Notes: generated by a model from the letters alone, not told the origin. DNA of 64,000 nucleotides from Patescibacteria group bacterium (GCA_041662665.1 JBAZSC010000004.1:10464-74463), one strand, 5' to 3'. Positions 9,256 through 18,855 are shown, counted from the first letter of the stretch. A program made the numbers and translations.

Positions 9256-10782
9256 ATGAAAATAAAAACAACAATTTTAATTTTGTTATGTTTTCTTTTT
9301 ACTCCTTTTTTAACATTAGCGGAAGGCTCATCTGCCATATCCTACAGTTTTACTTGGCCATTAGATAAATGGATCTTTGACATGGAAGGTCAAAAATTTG
9401 GCACTATCAGAGGATCTGGGATTTATCATCTTGGCGATGATATTGGAATACAAGCAAACTCACCAGTTTATGCAATTGCCACAGGAGTTGTAAAAAATAT
9501 TGGCGTTTATACTGATTTCGGCACTGTTATTTTAATTGAACACACATTAGCAAATCAAGAAAAAATTGTTTCATTATATGGTCATCTTGGACGAGACACT
9601 CAAGTTGAAAAAGGACAATTTGTTAATAAAAATCAAATTATTGGTTATATCGGTACTACAGATGTTAATGGAGGCTGGCCAGAACATCTTCATTTCGGAA
9701 TCAGAAAAGGCGCCTATGTTACAAATTGGGTCTATTGGGGCTTAGGGTCAAAGGACAAATTAAATGATTGGCATAATCCAACTGATTTTTTATGGTACAA
9801 AATTAATAATCCAGATGTTAATTCTGGAAAAATTGTAACCTCCCCAAATTATCCTGGACGATCACACATTAGAATTTTTGACGAACAAGGTCTTGCCATT
9901 CCAACTTTTGATTTCTTCGCTTACCCTCCAAAGAACAAACAAGGATCTCAAATTTCTCTTGGCGATATCAATAATGATCAAAAACAAGAATTAATAATTA
10001 GCTCAAATAGTTATAAACCACAAATAAAAATTTTTAACAAAAATTCACAAGACTTTATTGCCAAATTCAAACCATTCTCCAAAAAATATAATGGCCAAAT
10101 TAATCTTGCAACGACAGATTTAAATTTAGACGGTCAAGATGAAATTATTGCCACATCTAGTTCAAATCAATATCCAAAAATAAAAATATTTTCTTTATCC
10201 GCCGAAGTCCCGCAGGACGAAGGCGGACTATACAAAACAACAAACACTTTTATAGAATTAACAAAAATTCCAAGTCCATTTAGCCATAAAATAAAATGCG
10301 GAATTAATTTAACAACTATTGATCTAAATAATGATGGCAAGAAAGAGATTCTCGCTACACCAGCCAATAATAAAAAATCAGTTTTAAAATATTGGGACGG
10401 CACAACTTGGCAAATTTTAAAATCCAGGATTTTCAAAAAAACTACCGCAAAATTAACAACTGGCGATATTGATGCAGATGGCAATGAAGAAATAATTGCT
10501 GGCTCACAATCAAATACAAGATCAGTCATCAAAATTATTAATAAAAATGGACACATCAGAAAGAAAAAAATTAAACCATTTGCCAGATATAATCAAGACG
10601 GAATAAATATTTCAACAGTTGATTACAATAATGATGGCATTACTGAAATAATTACTTCAATTGCCAAAAATGGCTCGCCTAGAATTAAAGTTTTTCAATA
10701 TCCTCAAAATATTGCCATTGCCAATTTTTTAGCCTATAATGAAAATTTCACTGGTGGTGTAAATATAGTGGGAATAAAATAA
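9256..10782 (+). CDS. Secreted M23-family metallopeptidase fused to FG-GAP/VCBS-like repeats
   Basis: Signal peptide. M23 motifs HLGDDIG (HxxxD) and EHLHFGI (HxH). At least five DxNxDGxxE repeats (DINNDQKQE, DLNLDGQDE, DLNNDGKKE, DIDADGNEE, DYNNDGITE). Confidence 0.8.
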   Translation: MKIKTTILILLCFLFTPFLTLAEGSSAISYSFTWPLDKWIFDMEGQKFGTIRGSGIYHLGDDIGIQANSPVYAIATGVVKNIGVYTDFGTVILIEHTLANQEKIVSLYGHLGRDTQVEKGQFVNKNQIIGYIGTTDVNGGWPEHLHFGIRKGAYVTNWVYWGLGSKDKLNDWHNPTDFLWYKINNPDVNSGKIVTSPNYPGRSHIRIFDEQGLAIPTFDFFAYPPKNKQGSQISLGDINNDQKQELIISSNSYKPQIKIFNKNSQDFIAKFKPFSKKYNGQINLATTDLNLDGQDEIIATSSSNQYPKIKIFSLSAEVPQDEGGLYKTTNTFIELTKIPSPFSHKIKCGINLTTIDLNNDGKKEILATPANNKKSVLKYWDGTTWQILKSRIFKKTTAKLTTGDIDADGNEEIIAGSQSNTRSVIKIINKNGHIRKKKIKPFARYNQDGINISTVDYNNDGITEIITSIAKNGSPRIKVFQYPQNIAIANFLAYNENFTGGVNIVGIK

Positions 10783-10796
10783 CTGCACTAAAATTA

Positions 10797-10890
10797 CAAA
10801 TCCCAAATTCCAAACAAATTACAAACCACAAATTACAAATCGCTTTTTTGTGATTTGAAATTTGGGATTTGTTTGGAATTTGGAATTTGT
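10797..10890. repeat. Long imperfect inverted repeat of the caaattccaaa / tttggaattg oligo-repeat family
   Basis: The left arm (caaatcccaaattccaaacaaattacaaacc...) is the reverse complement of the right arm (...atttgggatttgtttggaatttggaatttg) around a ttttttg loop. Confidence 0.7.
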
Positions 10891-10904
10891 TATTTAAGAC
10901 ACGT

Positions 10905-11978
10905 ATGTTAATTTTAGGTATCGACACATCCTGCGACGACACATCAGCCGCCATAGTCAAAGACGGCTCTTTTGTTTTATCAAATATTGTTTCTTCTCAA
11001 ACAGAAATCCATAGACAATTCGGCGGAGTTGTTCCAGAAGTTGCAGCAAGATCTCACATTGAATTAATCATTCCTGTTATTAAACAAGCTTTGCAAGAAG
11101 CAAATATAAAAAAAGAAGAATTAGATTTAATTGCCGTCACCAATGGTCCAGGTCTAATTACATCTTTAATGGTCGGCATTGATACTGCCAAGTCATTAGC
11201 CTATTCTTTAAATAAAAAAATCATCGCTATCAATCACATCGAAGGCCATATTTACTCCAACTGGCTCGTTCAAAAAAATAATTTCCGAATTTCCGAATTT
11301 CCCCTGTCCGCCGAAGCCAAACAAAGTGAGGCGAAGGCGGAGAATTTCCAATTTCCAATATTATGTTTAATAGTTAGTGGTGGTCACACTGAATTAATTT
11401 ACATGAAAGATCATCTAAATTACAACGTCATCGGCCAAACCAGAGACGATGCTGCTGGCGAAGCCTTTGATAAAGTCGCTAAATTATTAGATATCGGCTA
11501 TCCAGGCGGACCAATTATTTCCAAATTAGCAGAATCTGGAGATGATCAAGCTTACAATTTTTCTCGGCCAATGATTAATTCTAAAGATTTTGATTTTAGT
11601 TTTTCTGGATTAAAAACAGAAGTCTTAAGATTAACAAAAGAAAATAATATTTTTTCAAAACAACAAATTAACGATATTTGCGCTTCCTTCCAAAAAGCAG
11701 TTGTTGATACTTTAATTTTTAAGACAATAAATGCCGCCAAAAAATATAATGTCAAAACAATTATGTTGGGTGGCGGAGTTTCTGCAAACAAATCTTTACG
11801 AAAAAACCTTGAACAAAAAATCCAACAAGAGATCCCAGACTCTCACTTCTCAATTCTCAATTCCCAATTCTCAAGCGATAATGGAGCGATGATCGCTAGC
11901 ACAGCCTATCAATACGCTAAAAATAACAAGTTTAGCGATTTCTCAAAAATCATTCCAGAAGCAAATCTTTCGCTATAA
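10905..11978 (+). CDS. tsaD: tRNA N6-adenosine threonylcarbamoyltransferase TsaD (Kae1/YgjD family)
   Basis: MLILGIDTSCDDTSAAIV N-terminus and the HIEGH metal-binding motif. The true start is probably the ATG at 10905, since the 12 codons upstream in the ORF track lie inside the inverted repeat. Carries a roughly 25-aa in-frame repeat-derived insert at 11283-11358. Confidence 0.9.
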   Translation: MLILGIDTSCDDTSAAIVKDGSFVLSNIVSSQTEIHRQFGGVVPEVAARSHIELIIPVIKQALQEANIKKEELDLIAVTNGPGLITSLMVGIDTAKSLAYSLNKKIIAINHIEGHIYSNWLVQKNNFRISEFPLSAEAKQSEAKAENFQFPILCLIVSGGHTELIYMKDHLNYNVIGQTRDDAAGEAFDKVAKLLDIGYPGGPIISKLAESGDDQAYNFSRPMINSKDFDFSFSGLKTEVLRLTKENNIFSKQQINDICASFQKAVVDTLIFKTINAAKKYNVKTIMLGGGVSANKSLRKNLEQKIQQEIPDSHFSILNSQFSSDNGAMIASTAYQYAKNNKFSDFSKIIPEANLSL

Positions 11979-12024
11979 ATCTTAAACTGCCAAAATATGA
12001 CAGTTTTTTTACAAAAAAAATCAG

Positions 12025-12501
12025 CTAACATCGTAGCTGAGAATCACAAAGTACATCATCATCAACAACATAATTTTCCAAATCAAATCTCAATTCACCA
12101 GATCTAAAAAGCATCAACACAAAATTAACAATTGCATTATTATGACAATTGTCCGTCAAAAAAATCCGCCGATAACTACCATCAGAATCATAATAGAAAT
12201 AGATATCTGGACTGAAATCACTAATTTCTGCAAGTGTTACTTCCTTTAGATCATCTCTTTGCACATAGCCACCTAGACAATGCTCATCATTAAAAGAATA
12301 TTTTTTCATCTCCACAACAAAATACCTTATTTTTGCAACACTATGATCATATCTTGAAATTGGCTTGATGATCAAAGCTCTTAGACTTTGTTCGATCAAC
12401 ATTGCCGGTTCCTCCTCTTGTAAAAGGGCATCTTTTCTGATAGAATTAATCTCGAAATCGGTAAAACAATTTATTTTAGTACTAAATTCATAAAATGTCA
12501 A
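12025..12501 (-). CDS. Hypothetical protein
   Basis: 158-aa ORF with no recognisable motif. Confidence 0.4.
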   Translation of the reverse strand: MTFYEFSTKINCFTDFEINSIRKDALLQEEEPAMLIEQSLRALIIKPISRYDHSVAKIRYFVVEMKKYSFNDEHCLGGYVQRDDLKEVTLAEISDFSPDIYFYYDSDGSYRRIFLTDNCHNNAIVNFVLMLFRSGELRFDLENYVVDDDVLCDSQLRC

Positions 12502-15044
12502 GTCTTTCCAAAAAATATAATATTTTAGAACAAGAACAAAAATGGCAGAATTTTTGGGATCAAAACAATATTTATAAGTTCAATTCTAGCTCAAAAAAGC
12601 CAATTTTCTCAGTTGACACTCCTCCGCCTTATGCTTCAGCAGCTCATCTTCATGTCGGCCATGCCATGTCTTATACTCAAGCCGAATTTATCATCCGTTT
12701 CAAAAGAATGCAAGGTTTTAATGTTTTTTATCCCATGGGTTTTGATGACAATGGCTTACCAACTGAAAGATATGTTGAACAAAAATACAAAATTGCTGAT
12801 AAATCAAAAATTTCTCGCGAAGAATTTATTCAATTATGTTTAAAAGAAACCAAAGAAGTTGCCAAAACTTATACTTCTCTTTGGAAATCTTTAGGCCTTT
12901 CAATTGACTGGTCTTTATTATACTCAACAATCAGCGAATCATCTCGTCGTATTTCTCAAAAATCATTTTTAGATTTATACAAAAAAGGCTTATTAGAACA
13001 TCGCGAAGAGCCAACAATTTGGTGTCCGCACGACCAAACAGCATTAGCTCAAGCAGATCTTGAAGATGCCGAAGAAAAATCTACACTAAACTATATATCG
13101 TTCGAACTTAAACACTCAAACACTGAAACACCGGAACACTCTGACGATCCGACGCTCCGACGTTCTGACGCTCTCATTATCGCCACTTCCAGACCAGAAT
13201 TATTACCTGCATGTGTAGCTCTCTATGTCAATCCAGACGATGTCCGTTACAAAAACTTAATAAACAAAACTGCCATTGTTCCATTGTTTAATTATGAAAT
13301 CAAAATAAAATCCGACCCCACTGTTGATCCAAAATTTGGGACTGGCTTAATGATGGTTTGTACTTGGGGCGACTCCGAAGATGTTGCCAAATGGAAAAAA
13401 GACAAACTAGACACTAGATTAATTTTTGATAAATCTGGCCATCTTAATGAATGGGCAAAAACTTATCAAGGCTTAGATATAAAAACAGCTCGCACAAAAA
13501 TTTTAGAAGATTTACAAAAACAAAATCTTTTAGTCAAACAAGAAGATATTACTCATGTTTTAAATGTTCATGAACGTTGTAAAACTCCTGTTGAATTTTA
13601 TTTAACTAAACAATGGTTCATTAAAATTTTAGACAATTTAGAGGATTTTAAAAAACAAGGAAACAAAATAAATTGGTTTCCGCTCTTCATGAAAAAGAAA
13701 TATGACACCTGGCTAGATGGCTTAAAATGGGATTGGAATATTTCAAGAGAGCGCTATTATGGCGTCCCATTTCCAGTTTGGTATTGCAAAAAATGTCATG
13801 AAATAATTTTACCTGACGAAAAAGATTTGCCAATTGATCCATTACAAGATCAACCAAAACATCCTTGCCCAAAATGCCAATCGGAAGAATTTGTTCCAGA
13901 AAAAGATGTAATGGACACATGGATGACATCATCATTGACTCCACAAATTAATTCTCATTGGCAAGAACAAGATGAAAACAAAAAACTTTATCCAATGTCT
14001 TTACGGATTCAAGCTTTTGAAATTATCAGAACTTGGCTTTTTTATACAGTTGTAAAATCTTGGTACCATGAAAAAAAATTACCATGGCAGGATGTTATGA
14101 TTTCAGGCCATGGCTTGGATGAACAAGGCCGAAAGATTTCTAAATCATTAGGCAATTATGAACCAGTTGCTAATATAATTAAACGCTATGGTTCTGATGC
14201 TCTGCGTTATTGGTCAGCTGGATCAAATTTAGGAAATAATTTGAGATATAAAGAAGAAGAAGTCAAAGATGGCAAAAAATTAATCACCAAATTATTCAAC
14301 GCTTCAAAATTTAGCTTAATGTTTTTGCAATCCGTCAATCCGTCCGACTTTAAGAACTTTATGAACTTTAAAAACTTTCAACTTCAACCTCTTGATCAAT
14401 GGATATTAAGTAAACTTCAAACAACAATTAAAAACGTTACTGAACATTTTAACACGTACGAGTATTCAAAAGCCAAAAAAGAAGTTTACAACTTTTTCTG
14501 GAAAAATTTTGCTGATAATTATATTGAGCTTGCAAAATCAAGACTTTACAATGATGAAAACAAAGTAGCTAAAACATCAGCTCAAGCAACATTATATATT
14601 TGTTTAATAAATATTTTAAAAATGTTCGCGCCAATCTTGCCTCACATCACTGAAGAGATTTGGCAAGCGTTGCGAGAATTAAACAACGAAACAAAAAAAC
14701 AAGAAAACAGTCCAACTATCGAACAATCAATTCATATTAGTGCTTGGCCAAAAGTTGATAAAAAATTAGTTAACGAAAAGCAAGAAAAACTTGGTGATCA
14801 GATTGTCGAAATTTTAGCCGAAGTCCGAAAAACAAAATCGAATACTAATCTTGCAATGAATAAAGAAATCAAAGAAATAATTATTGATTCTAAAGAAAAA
14901 GATTTAGAAAAATTCTTTCCAGATCTAGCCAATGCCACACATGCCGAACAAATTTCATTTGGCACTGGCGATCTTCACCCTACGAGTGACCACCCGAAGG
15001 GTGGGAAAATTTCTGAAAATCTTAAAATAAAAATTGTTTTGTAG
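12495..15044 (+). CDS. valS: Valyl-tRNA synthetase (class I aaRS; Val assignment from the PPPYAS...HVGHA motif)
   Basis: HIGH region PPPYASAAHLHVGHA and KMSKS region KISKSLGN; 849 aa. Contains in-frame repeat-derived inserts at 13137-13176, 14332-14386 and 14962-15003. Confidence 0.75.
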   Translation: MSSLSKKYNILEQEQKWQNFWDQNNIYKFNSSSKKPIFSVDTPPPYASAAHLHVGHAMSYTQAEFIIRFKRMQGFNVFYPMGFDDNGLPTERYVEQKYKIADKSKISREEFIQLCLKETKEVAKTYTSLWKSLGLSIDWSLLYSTISESSRRISQKSFLDLYKKGLLEHREEPTIWCPHDQTALAQADLEDAEEKSTLNYISFELKHSNTETPEHSDDPTLRRSDALIIATSRPELLPACVALYVNPDDVRYKNLINKTAIVPLFNYEIKIKSDPTVDPKFGTGLMMVCTWGDSEDVAKWKKDKLDTRLIFDKSGHLNEWAKTYQGLDIKTARTKILEDLQKQNLLVKQEDITHVLNVHERCKTPVEFYLTKQWFIKILDNLEDFKKQGNKINWFPLFMKKKYDTWLDGLKWDWNISRERYYGVPFPVWYCKKCHEIILPDEKDLPIDPLQDQPKHPCPKCQSEEFVPEKDVMDTWMTSSLTPQINSHWQEQDENKKLYPMSLRIQAFEIIRTWLFYTVVKSWYHEKKLPWQDVMISGHGLDEQGRKISKSLGNYEPVANIIKRYGSDALRYWSAGSNLGNNLRYKEEEVKDGKKLITKLFNASKFSLMFLQSVNPSDFKNFMNFKNFQLQPLDQWILSKLQTTIKNVTEHFNTYEYSKAKKEVYNFFWKNFADNYIELAKSRLYNDENKVAKTSAQATLYICLINILKMFAPILPHITEEIWQALRELNNETKKQENSPTIEQSIHISAWPKVDKKLVNEKQEKLGDQIVEILAEVRKTKSNTNLAMNKEIKEIIIDSKEKDLEKFFPDLANATHAEQISFGTGDLHPTSDHPKGGKISENLKIKIVL

Positions 15045-15046
15045 AA

Positions 15047-15148
15047 ATTCTACCTGGCTTTAGCCAAGGGTTGTAGGACTTTAGTCCTAGTTCGTCATAA
15101 ATAATACGAGAACTAAAGTTCTCCTAACCCCAGCTAAAGCTGGGTAGA
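15047..15148 (+). other. Closed array of four short hairpins (cTTTAg/cTAAAg palindromes) immediately 3' of valS
   Basis: Outer stem ttctacc/ggtagaa encloses the hairpins ggctttagcc, taggactttagtccta, gagaactaaagttctc and cccagctaaagctggg. Confidence 0.4.
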
Positions 15149-15159
15149 ATCACCAAAAT

Positions 15160-15190
15160 AAAAGACCGTTTTCACGGTCTTTTTAAATTA
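15160..15190. terminator. Bidirectional rho-independent terminator (valS / 15204-15452 ORF)
   Basis: Hairpin agaccgttttcacggtct flanked by A-runs and T-runs. Confidence 0.6.
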
Positions 15191-15203
15191 ACAATTTTTA
15201 TTT

Positions 15204-15452
15204 CTAAAGAAGATCCTTGCCAACATCCTCATTATCTACATTATCGCTTTTTAGACCCTTTTTAGACCACTTTTCTATTACTGCAATAAGATCCCCTTTT
15301 AACTCATTTAGCTCTTCATCACTCATTTTTTCCAAAACATCACTACTCAACGTATCAATGTACTGACAAGCAGTATTCAATTGTGCTTCAATTCTTTCTC
15401 TTTTAGTTTGCATTTCTCCTTCTAACGAACCTTCGACTTGTTCTATTGGCAT
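15204..15452 (-). CDS. Hypothetical small acidic helical protein
   Basis: 82-aa ORF immediately downstream of pilB on the same strand. Confidence 0.35.
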   Translation of the reverse strand: MPIEQVEGSLEGEMQTKRERIEAQLNTACQYIDTLSSDVLEKMSDEELNELKGDLIAVIEKWSKKGLKSDNVDNEDVGKDLL

Positions 15453-15482
15453 ATTATTTTTATATTAATTAATTAATAAAAT

Positions 15483-17135
15483 CTACACTACTCTTCCCAC
15501 TTCCTCAACCGTTGTAATTCCATCAACAGCTTTTAACAAACCATCCTGCTCCATAGTCATCATTCCTTGAGCAATTGCTGCCTTTTGAATTTCGATATTT
15601 GAAACTCGATATCCAATCGCCTCTTCAATTTTATTATCAACTTCAAACATTTCATAAATTCCAGTTCTACCTTTATAACCAATATTATCGCAAACTTTGC
15701 AACCTTTTGCTTTATATAATTTTTTAATTCCTGTTTTTGGATAAAATTTGCCTAATTTTTCTTTCAATTCTTTTTCTTCATCTGCATCTGGATTATATTC
15801 TTGTTTGCATTTATCGCAAATTCTTCTAACTAATCTTTGCGCAATCACTAATCTCAAAGCCGGCGCTAATTCTTCTGGGCGCAACCCCATACTAATTAGA
15901 CGTGGAATTGCACCTGCTGCATCATTAGTATGCAAAGTTGATAATACTAAATGACCAGTCAAAGAAGCTTGAACTGCAATTTCAGCTGTATCTTTATCCC
16001 TAATTTCACCAACCATTACTACATCTGGATCTTGTCGCAGTACTGATTTTAGGGCATTTGAAAAATCCAGTCCTTTTTTTGGATCAATTTCTGTTTGTGA
16101 AATTCCTTTTATTTTATATTCAATTGGATTTTCTAATGTAATAATATTTTTCGCTGGATCATTAACTTCAGTGATGCAAGCATACAAAGTTGTTGATTTT
16201 CCAGAACCAGTTGGACCAGTTGTTAATAGCAAACCAGATGTTTTTTTAATTGCTTTACTAACAAGATCATGTTCTCTTTTTCTCATTCCCAAATCTTCAA
16301 GTTTTAATCCAACAGTACCAGTTCCAAGAAGTCTCATAACTAATGTTTCGCCATAAGCTGTTGGCAATGTTGACACTCTCAAATCAATTTCCTTATTTTC
16401 CATATCAATCGAAAACCTACCATCTTGCGGTTGATCAATCACATTAATTTTTAATTTTGAAACCAGCTTTACTCTCGATAAAATTTTTAATGCCACTTCA
16501 TTTGGCAATTCCATAATATCTTGCAATACTCCGTCAATTCTATATCGTAATTTTGCCTTTTCTTTTTCTGGTTCAATATGAACATCAGAAGCATCAACGC
16601 TCAATGCGCCAGCCAAAATATAGTCAATCATTTCAGTTACTTTAACTTTTTTGATCGTCTCTTTCAAATCAGTTAAATTTTGAATCTGTTCTTTTGCGCT
16701 TAATATTTCTTCTTTGCCAACTTTTATTTCATCCTTTTGCGGAATAACAATTTTAACTTTTTTGTATATTTCTAATGCGCTTTCCAAACCTTCCAAAGAA
16801 ATTACATAAAATTGATATTTATAGCCCATCTTTGATAATTTTTCTATAACTAAATTTAAACTTGGATTATTTTTATCCACAATTCCAATTCTAACTTCAG
16901 AGTCTTTAATCAAAAAACAAACAGCTTGCGCTTTTCTTGCTAAATCTTCAGGAATCAAAGTTATTGCTTCCTTATCAAGAGGAAAAATCCTCAGATCAAT
17001 ATAAGGCAGATTAACTGTCAAAGAATAAGCCATCGCTTTCTTTTCTTTTATCTTTTTTTCGGAAGCTGTTAGTTTCTCTTTTAATTTTCTTTCACGTTCC
17101 TGCTCTAAAATTTTATCAGCATCAGTTTTTGCCAT
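15483..17135 (-). CDS. pilB: Type IV pilus assembly / type II secretion ATPase (PilB/GspE family)
   Basis: Walker A GPTGSGKSTT, the GspE/PilB N-terminal domain, a Walker B/Asp-box region and a C-terminal CxxC zinc motif. Confidence 0.9.
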   Translation of the reverse strand: MAKTDADKILEQERERKLKEKLTASEKKIKEKKAMAYSLTVNLPYIDLRIFPLDKEAITLIPEDLARKAQAVCFLIKDSEVRIGIVDKNNPSLNLVIEKLSKMGYKYQFYVISLEGLESALEIYKKVKIVIPQKDEIKVGKEEILSAKEQIQNLTDLKETIKKVKVTEMIDYILAGALSVDASDVHIEPEKEKAKLRYRIDGVLQDIMELPNEVALKILSRVKLVSKLKINVIDQPQDGRFSIDMENKEIDLRVSTLPTAYGETLVMRLLGTGTVGLKLEDLGMRKREHDLVSKAIKKTSGLLLTTGPTGSGKSTTLYACITEVNDPAKNIITLENPIEYKIKGISQTEIDPKKGLDFSNALKSVLRQDPDVVMVGEIRDKDTAEIAVQASLTGHLVLSTLHTNDAAGAIPRLISMGLRPEELAPALRLVIAQRLVRRICDKCKQEYNPDADEEKELKEKLGKFYPKTGIKKLYKAKGCKVCDNIGYKGRTGIYEMFEVDNKIEEAIGYRVSNIEIQKAAIAQGMMTMEQDGLLKAVDGITTVEEVGRVV

Positions 17136-17244
17136 ATGTTTTAAAAATATAAAAATATAAAAAAAATATTCTCACTTCAAGAATAGCAAATTTTAAATAT
17201 TTATACCAGATTCAAAAGTATTCAAAAAAATATCAATCAAAAAA

Positions 17245-17275
17245 CAAAAAAAGGGCAATTACCCTTTTTTTCAAA
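17245..17275. terminator. Bidirectional terminator downstream of the glutamate dehydrogenase gene
   Basis: Hairpin aaagggcaattacccttt with flanking T/A runs. Confidence 0.5.
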
Positions 17276-17280
17276 AAATA

Positions 17281-18585
17281 TTATTTCTTAATCTTTTTTG
17301 TTATTCTCTCAACTGCCAAAGCATCAGCGCCCATTCTCAAGTCAACTTTATATTTTTCCGCCATTTTCCAAACATCAGCAAAAGATTTTTTAATTATCTT
17401 ATTTAATTTTCCGTTCACTTCGTCTAACTTCCAATACTTTCCATCCATATTTTGCAACCATTCAAAATATGAAACAGTCACACCACCTGCATTTGCCAAG
17501 ATATCTGGAATCACCACTTTTTTCTTTTTAAACAAAATTTTATCAGCATCAGGAGTTGTTGGACCATTTGCCATTTCTAAAATTATATTTGCTTTAATTT
17601 TATCAGCATTATCGGATGTTACTTGATTTTCAATTGCTGCTGGCACTAAAACATCAACATCTAATTCCAATAATTCAGCATTTGTAATCTTTTTTGTATC
17701 AGCCAATCCACTAACACTTCCAGTTTTCTTTTTCTGATTCATTATTTTTTCCAAATCAATTCCTTCTTTTTTAAATACACCGCTTCTAGAATCAGAAACA
17801 GCAACAATTGTAAATCTATTATCAGCAGATAAAATCTTGGCAATATAGTAGCCCACATTTCCCACGCCCTGTACCGCAACAGTCAGTTTTGTTTTAGTGT
17901 TTAAGTGTTTCGGTGTTTTTTTCAACGCTTCACATAGCGTAAAATATCCGCCCAAAGCAGTTGCTTCTGTTCTTCCCAAAGATCCGCCTTTTTTAATTGG
18001 TTTGCCAGTAAAAGTTCCCAACCATTCATTATCTTTAATTTTAAAATTTTTGCGTTTTTGTCCGCTTTTGTGCTTTTGTGGTTGCAGTTTTTTTATTGTC
18101 AATTTCTTAAACTCATCTGACATCCAAGCCATAATTTCCGGAGTTGTATTAACATCAGGTGCTGGAATATCTTTGTTTGGCCCAATACAATCAAAAATTG
18201 CTCGCACATATCCTCTTGATAGATTCTCCAATTCTTTTTTAGATAATTTTTTTGGATCAACAATTACTCCACCTTTTCCACCACCCAAAGGAATATTTGC
18301 AACTGCACATTTCATTGCCATCCAAAAAGACAATGCTTTTACCTCATAATCAGAAACTTCTTGATGGAATCTTATTCCGCCTTTGTACGGCCCTCTTGCA
18401 GAATTATATTGCATTCTAAATCCTTGAAACATTTTAATTTTTCCGTCAGCCATTTTAACTGGAAAATTAACATTAATTTCTCGTTCTGGTTTTGATAAAA
18501 TTTCTAAATAAGTTTTATCTAGTTTTATCAATTCAGCTACTCGTCCAAGCTGAGTTAGAGCATTCTCGAATACATTTTCTGGCAT
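17281..18585 (-). CDS. gdhA: Glutamate dehydrogenase (Glu/Leu/Phe/Val dehydrogenase family)
   Basis: GPYKGGIRFH and LGGGKGG motifs and a C-terminal NAD(P) Rossmann fold. Carries an in-frame low-complexity insert (KKLQPQKHKSGQKRKNFKIK) encoded by cttttgt oligo repeats near 18050-18110. Confidence 0.9.
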   Translation of the reverse strand: MPENVFENALTQLGRVAELIKLDKTYLEILSKPEREINVNFPVKMADGKIKMFQGFRMQYNSARGPYKGGIRFHQEVSDYEVKALSFWMAMKCAVANIPLGGGKGGVIVDPKKLSKKELENLSRGYVRAIFDCIGPNKDIPAPDVNTTPEIMAWMSDEFKKLTIKKLQPQKHKSGQKRKNFKIKDNEWLGTFTGKPIKKGGSLGRTEATALGGYFTLCEALKKTPKHLNTKTKLTVAVQGVGNVGYYIAKILSADNRFTIVAVSDSRSGVFKKEGIDLEKIMNQKKKTGSVSGLADTKKITNAELLELDVDVLVPAAIENQVTSDNADKIKANIILEMANGPTTPDADKILFKKKKVVIPDILANAGGVTVSYFEWLQNMDGKYWKLDEVNGKLNKIIKKSFADVWKMAEKYKVDLRMGADALAVERITKKIKK

Positions 18586-18652
18586 AATTTTATTTTAGTT
18601 TATTAGTTGATTAGTTTATTAGCAATTAGTTAACAATTAACAATGAAACAAT

Positions 18653-18847
18653 TTACTTCTTGTTGATCTCATCGATTATTTCTTTTATTTTTTTATCGTC
18701 TAAACCATGAGCCATACAACCTTGTTCAATTGTTTCACCATGCGCCATCAAGCAACCAACGCAAGGCAAACCATGCTTAACCAAAACATCAACAGTTTCT
18801 GGTTTTTCCTCAACTGCTTTACTAATTAAAGTATCTTTTGTGATCAT
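18653..18847 (-). CDS. Small redox protein, DUF1858-like (CxxC-containing)
   Basis: 64 aa with GLPCVGCLMA...GCMAHG Cys pairs; adjacent to the ferredoxin gene. Confidence 0.45.
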   Translation of the reverse strand: MITKDTLISKAVEEKPETVDVLVKHGLPCVGCLMAHGETIEQGCMAHGLDDKKIKEIIDEINKK

Positions 18848-18855
18848 AAAATAAA

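Noticed and set aside
10869-10904. ORF-track start of tsaD at 10869 (MFGIWNLLFKTR...)
   Set aside because: These codons lie inside the 10797-10890 inverted repeat. The conserved TsaD N-terminus begins at the ATG at 10905.
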